Origin: a phage
Sequence record: PZ179882.1
Strand: one strand, 5' to 3'
Length of the DNA: 64,000 bases
Shown: piece by piece, positions 58,655 through 64,000 of the stretch
Layout: the number at the start of each line of letters is the position of its first letter
Numbering within the stretch: position 1 is the first letter of the stretch
Position numbers and translations under genes: made by a program
Notes under the pieces: generated by a model
Seen by the model: only the letters and a program-made list of their open reading frames with translations
Told to the model about the DNA's origin: nothing
The model's database searches: none

Positions 58655-60112
58655 ATGATTGAATTAAAAGAGTTACCTTTTGTTGATAGCGTTCCTGACG
58701 AAGGTCAGGAACGTATTTCATGGATTAAAAATGGTGAAGAAATATTAGGAGCTAGTACTAAGTATGGAAATGATGGATCAATGAATAGACCAATTGTTTC
58801 CGTGTTTAAAAACGTCGAGGTTCTTGATGAAAATGTGGGAATTCTTAAAACTGCCATTGAAACATCACAGAAAGATATTAAAACAATTCAAGGAGTTTTA
58901 GATGTATCAGGAGATATAGAAGCACTATCGCAGATCAGTGTTAATAAAAATGACATATCGAATTTAAAGACACTTACTAGTGAACACACTGAAATATTAA
59001 CTGGAACTAATAATACAGTTGACAAAATTATCGCTGATATAGGTCCATTTAATGATGAAGAAAACTCTGTTTATAGAACAATTAGAAATGATTTACTGTG
59101 GATTAAACAGGAATTAGGACAATATTCTGGCCAAGACATTAACGGTCTTCCTGTTGTTGGTAATGCTAGCACAGGAATGAAACATAGAATAATAACAAAT
59201 AGCACATTATTATCTTCACAAGGCATTCGTTTAAGCGAATTAGAAAATAAATTTACTGAATCTGACGTAGGATCATTAACTGTTGAAGTTGGTAAATTAC
59301 GTGATGAACTTGGTAATAAACCGGTAGATTTTGGACCAAATATTTATAATAGATTAAACGCTATAGATGATAAACAAACTTTAATAAATTCTGATATAGC
59401 AGAAATTAAATCTTCTATTGGATACCCAGAAAATGTTTCTATAATAACAGAAATTAATAATAACAAAAGTAGCATTGAATCTATTAATAATGAATTAAAT
59501 CAGAGTGAAGGTGTTAAACAGCGCTTAACGGCTATTGAAACTTCTATAGGTTCAGATGATATTCCTTCTAGTATTAAAGGAAAAATTAAAAATCACACAA
59601 CTTCTATTGAGTCTTTAAACGGAATTGTTGGTGAAAACACTTCGTCTGGTTTAAGAGCGAATGTTTCGTGGTTAAATCAAATTGTTGGAACTGACTCCAG
59701 CGGAGGACAACCGTCTCCTTCTGGATCTCTATTAAATAAAGTTTCAGTGCTTGAAGGAGAAGTTTCAGTTTTAAACAATAATGTTCAAAATATACAAGTT
59801 GAAATAGGAAATAATAGAACAGGAATTAAAGGTCAAGTTATTGAACTTACTTCACTTATAAATGGAAATAATCCTGACGGATCAACTGTTGAAGAACGAG
59901 GATTAACTAATTCTGTAAAAACGAATGAAACTAACATTGCGGCAGTCACACATGAAGTAAATACAGCTAAAGACAATATATCCTCTTTACAGAGCAGCGT
60001 TCAAGCTCTACAAGAAGCAGGTTATATTCCTGAAGCTCCAAAAGATGGTCAAGCTTACGTTCGTAAAGACGGCGAATGGGTATTACTTTCTACCTTTTTA
60101 TCACCAGCATAA
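58655..60112 (+). CDS. wac: Fibritin (whisker) Wac
   Basis: 485 aa; coiled-coil body and C-terminal foldon [27 protein letters not shown]. Confidence 0.9.
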   Translation: MIELKELPFVDSVPDEGQERISWIKNGEEILGASTKYGNDGSMNRPIVSVFKNVEVLDENVGILKTAIETSQKDIKTIQGVLDVSGDIEALSQISVNKNDISNLKTLTSEHTEILTGTNNTVDKIIADIGPFNDEENSVYRTIRNDLLWIKQELGQYSGQDINGLPVVGNASTGMKHRIITNSTLLSSQGIRLSELENKFTESDVGSLTVEVGKLRDELGNKPVDFGPNIYNRLNAIDDKQTLINSDIAEIKSSIGYPENVSIITEINNNKSSIESINNELNQSEGVKQRLTAIETSIGSDDIPSSIKGKIKNHTTSIESLNGIVGENTSSGLRANVSWLNQIVGTDSSGGQPSPSGSLLNKVSVLEGEVSVLNNNVQNIQVEIGNNRTGIKGQVIELTSLINGNNPDGSTVEERGLTNSVKTNETNIAAVTHEVNTAKDNISSLQSSVQALQEAGYIPEAPKDGQAYVRKDGEWVLLSTFLSPA

Positions 60113-60115
60113 CAT

Positions 60116-60131
60116 GGGGCCGCAAGGCCCC
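60116..60131 (+). terminator. Stem-loop GGGGCC-GCAA-GGCCCC after wac
   Basis: Perfect 6-bp GC stem just past the wac stop; no clear U tract. Confidence 0.35.
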
Positions 60132-60143
60132 AAAGGATTTTAA

Positions 60144-62654
<2,511 letters not shown>

Positions 62655-62695
62655 TAAATATTATAAACTAATTAAAGCCCAGATTAGGAGAAATC

Positions 62696-64000
<1,305 letters not shown>

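Overview
This window is a contiguous segment of a T4-like (Tevenvirinae) phage genome; all calls rest on reading the ORF track and sequence by eye and on recognising T4 proteins from memory, with no database search run. Minus strand, 1-43.6 kb, carries the early/middle genes in T4 order: 46 (partial), 47, a-gt, 55, nrdH, nrdG, nrdD (one uninterrupted 605-aa ORF, no intron), 49, pin, nrdC, a ~12 kb accessory block, rI, tk, regB, denV, e, nudE, a 10-tRNA cluster, internal-protein genes, 57B, 57A, 1, 3, 2, 4. Plus strand, 43.6-64 kb, carries the late baseplate/neck genes 53, 5, 5.4, 6-12, wac, 13, 14, 15 and partial 16. Many minus-strand genes are preceded by T4 early-type promoters (GTTTAC, 18 bp, TAtAAT-like) and several late genes by TATAAATA. 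The most interesting material is in the accessory block between nrdC and rI (12.4-24.3 kb): a four-gene paralog array, a promoter-to-terminator cassette encoding a Pol-beta-type nucleotidyltransferase with a membrane protein and two paralogs, a P-loop ATPase and a GIY-YIG endonuclease. Other points of interest are four freestanding homing-endonuclease genes, a tRNA set that differs from T4, a macro-domain-like protein, a secreted transglycosylase-like protein, and gene families sharing only their C-terminal ends. Functions of the unnamed ORFs are inferred from motifs only.
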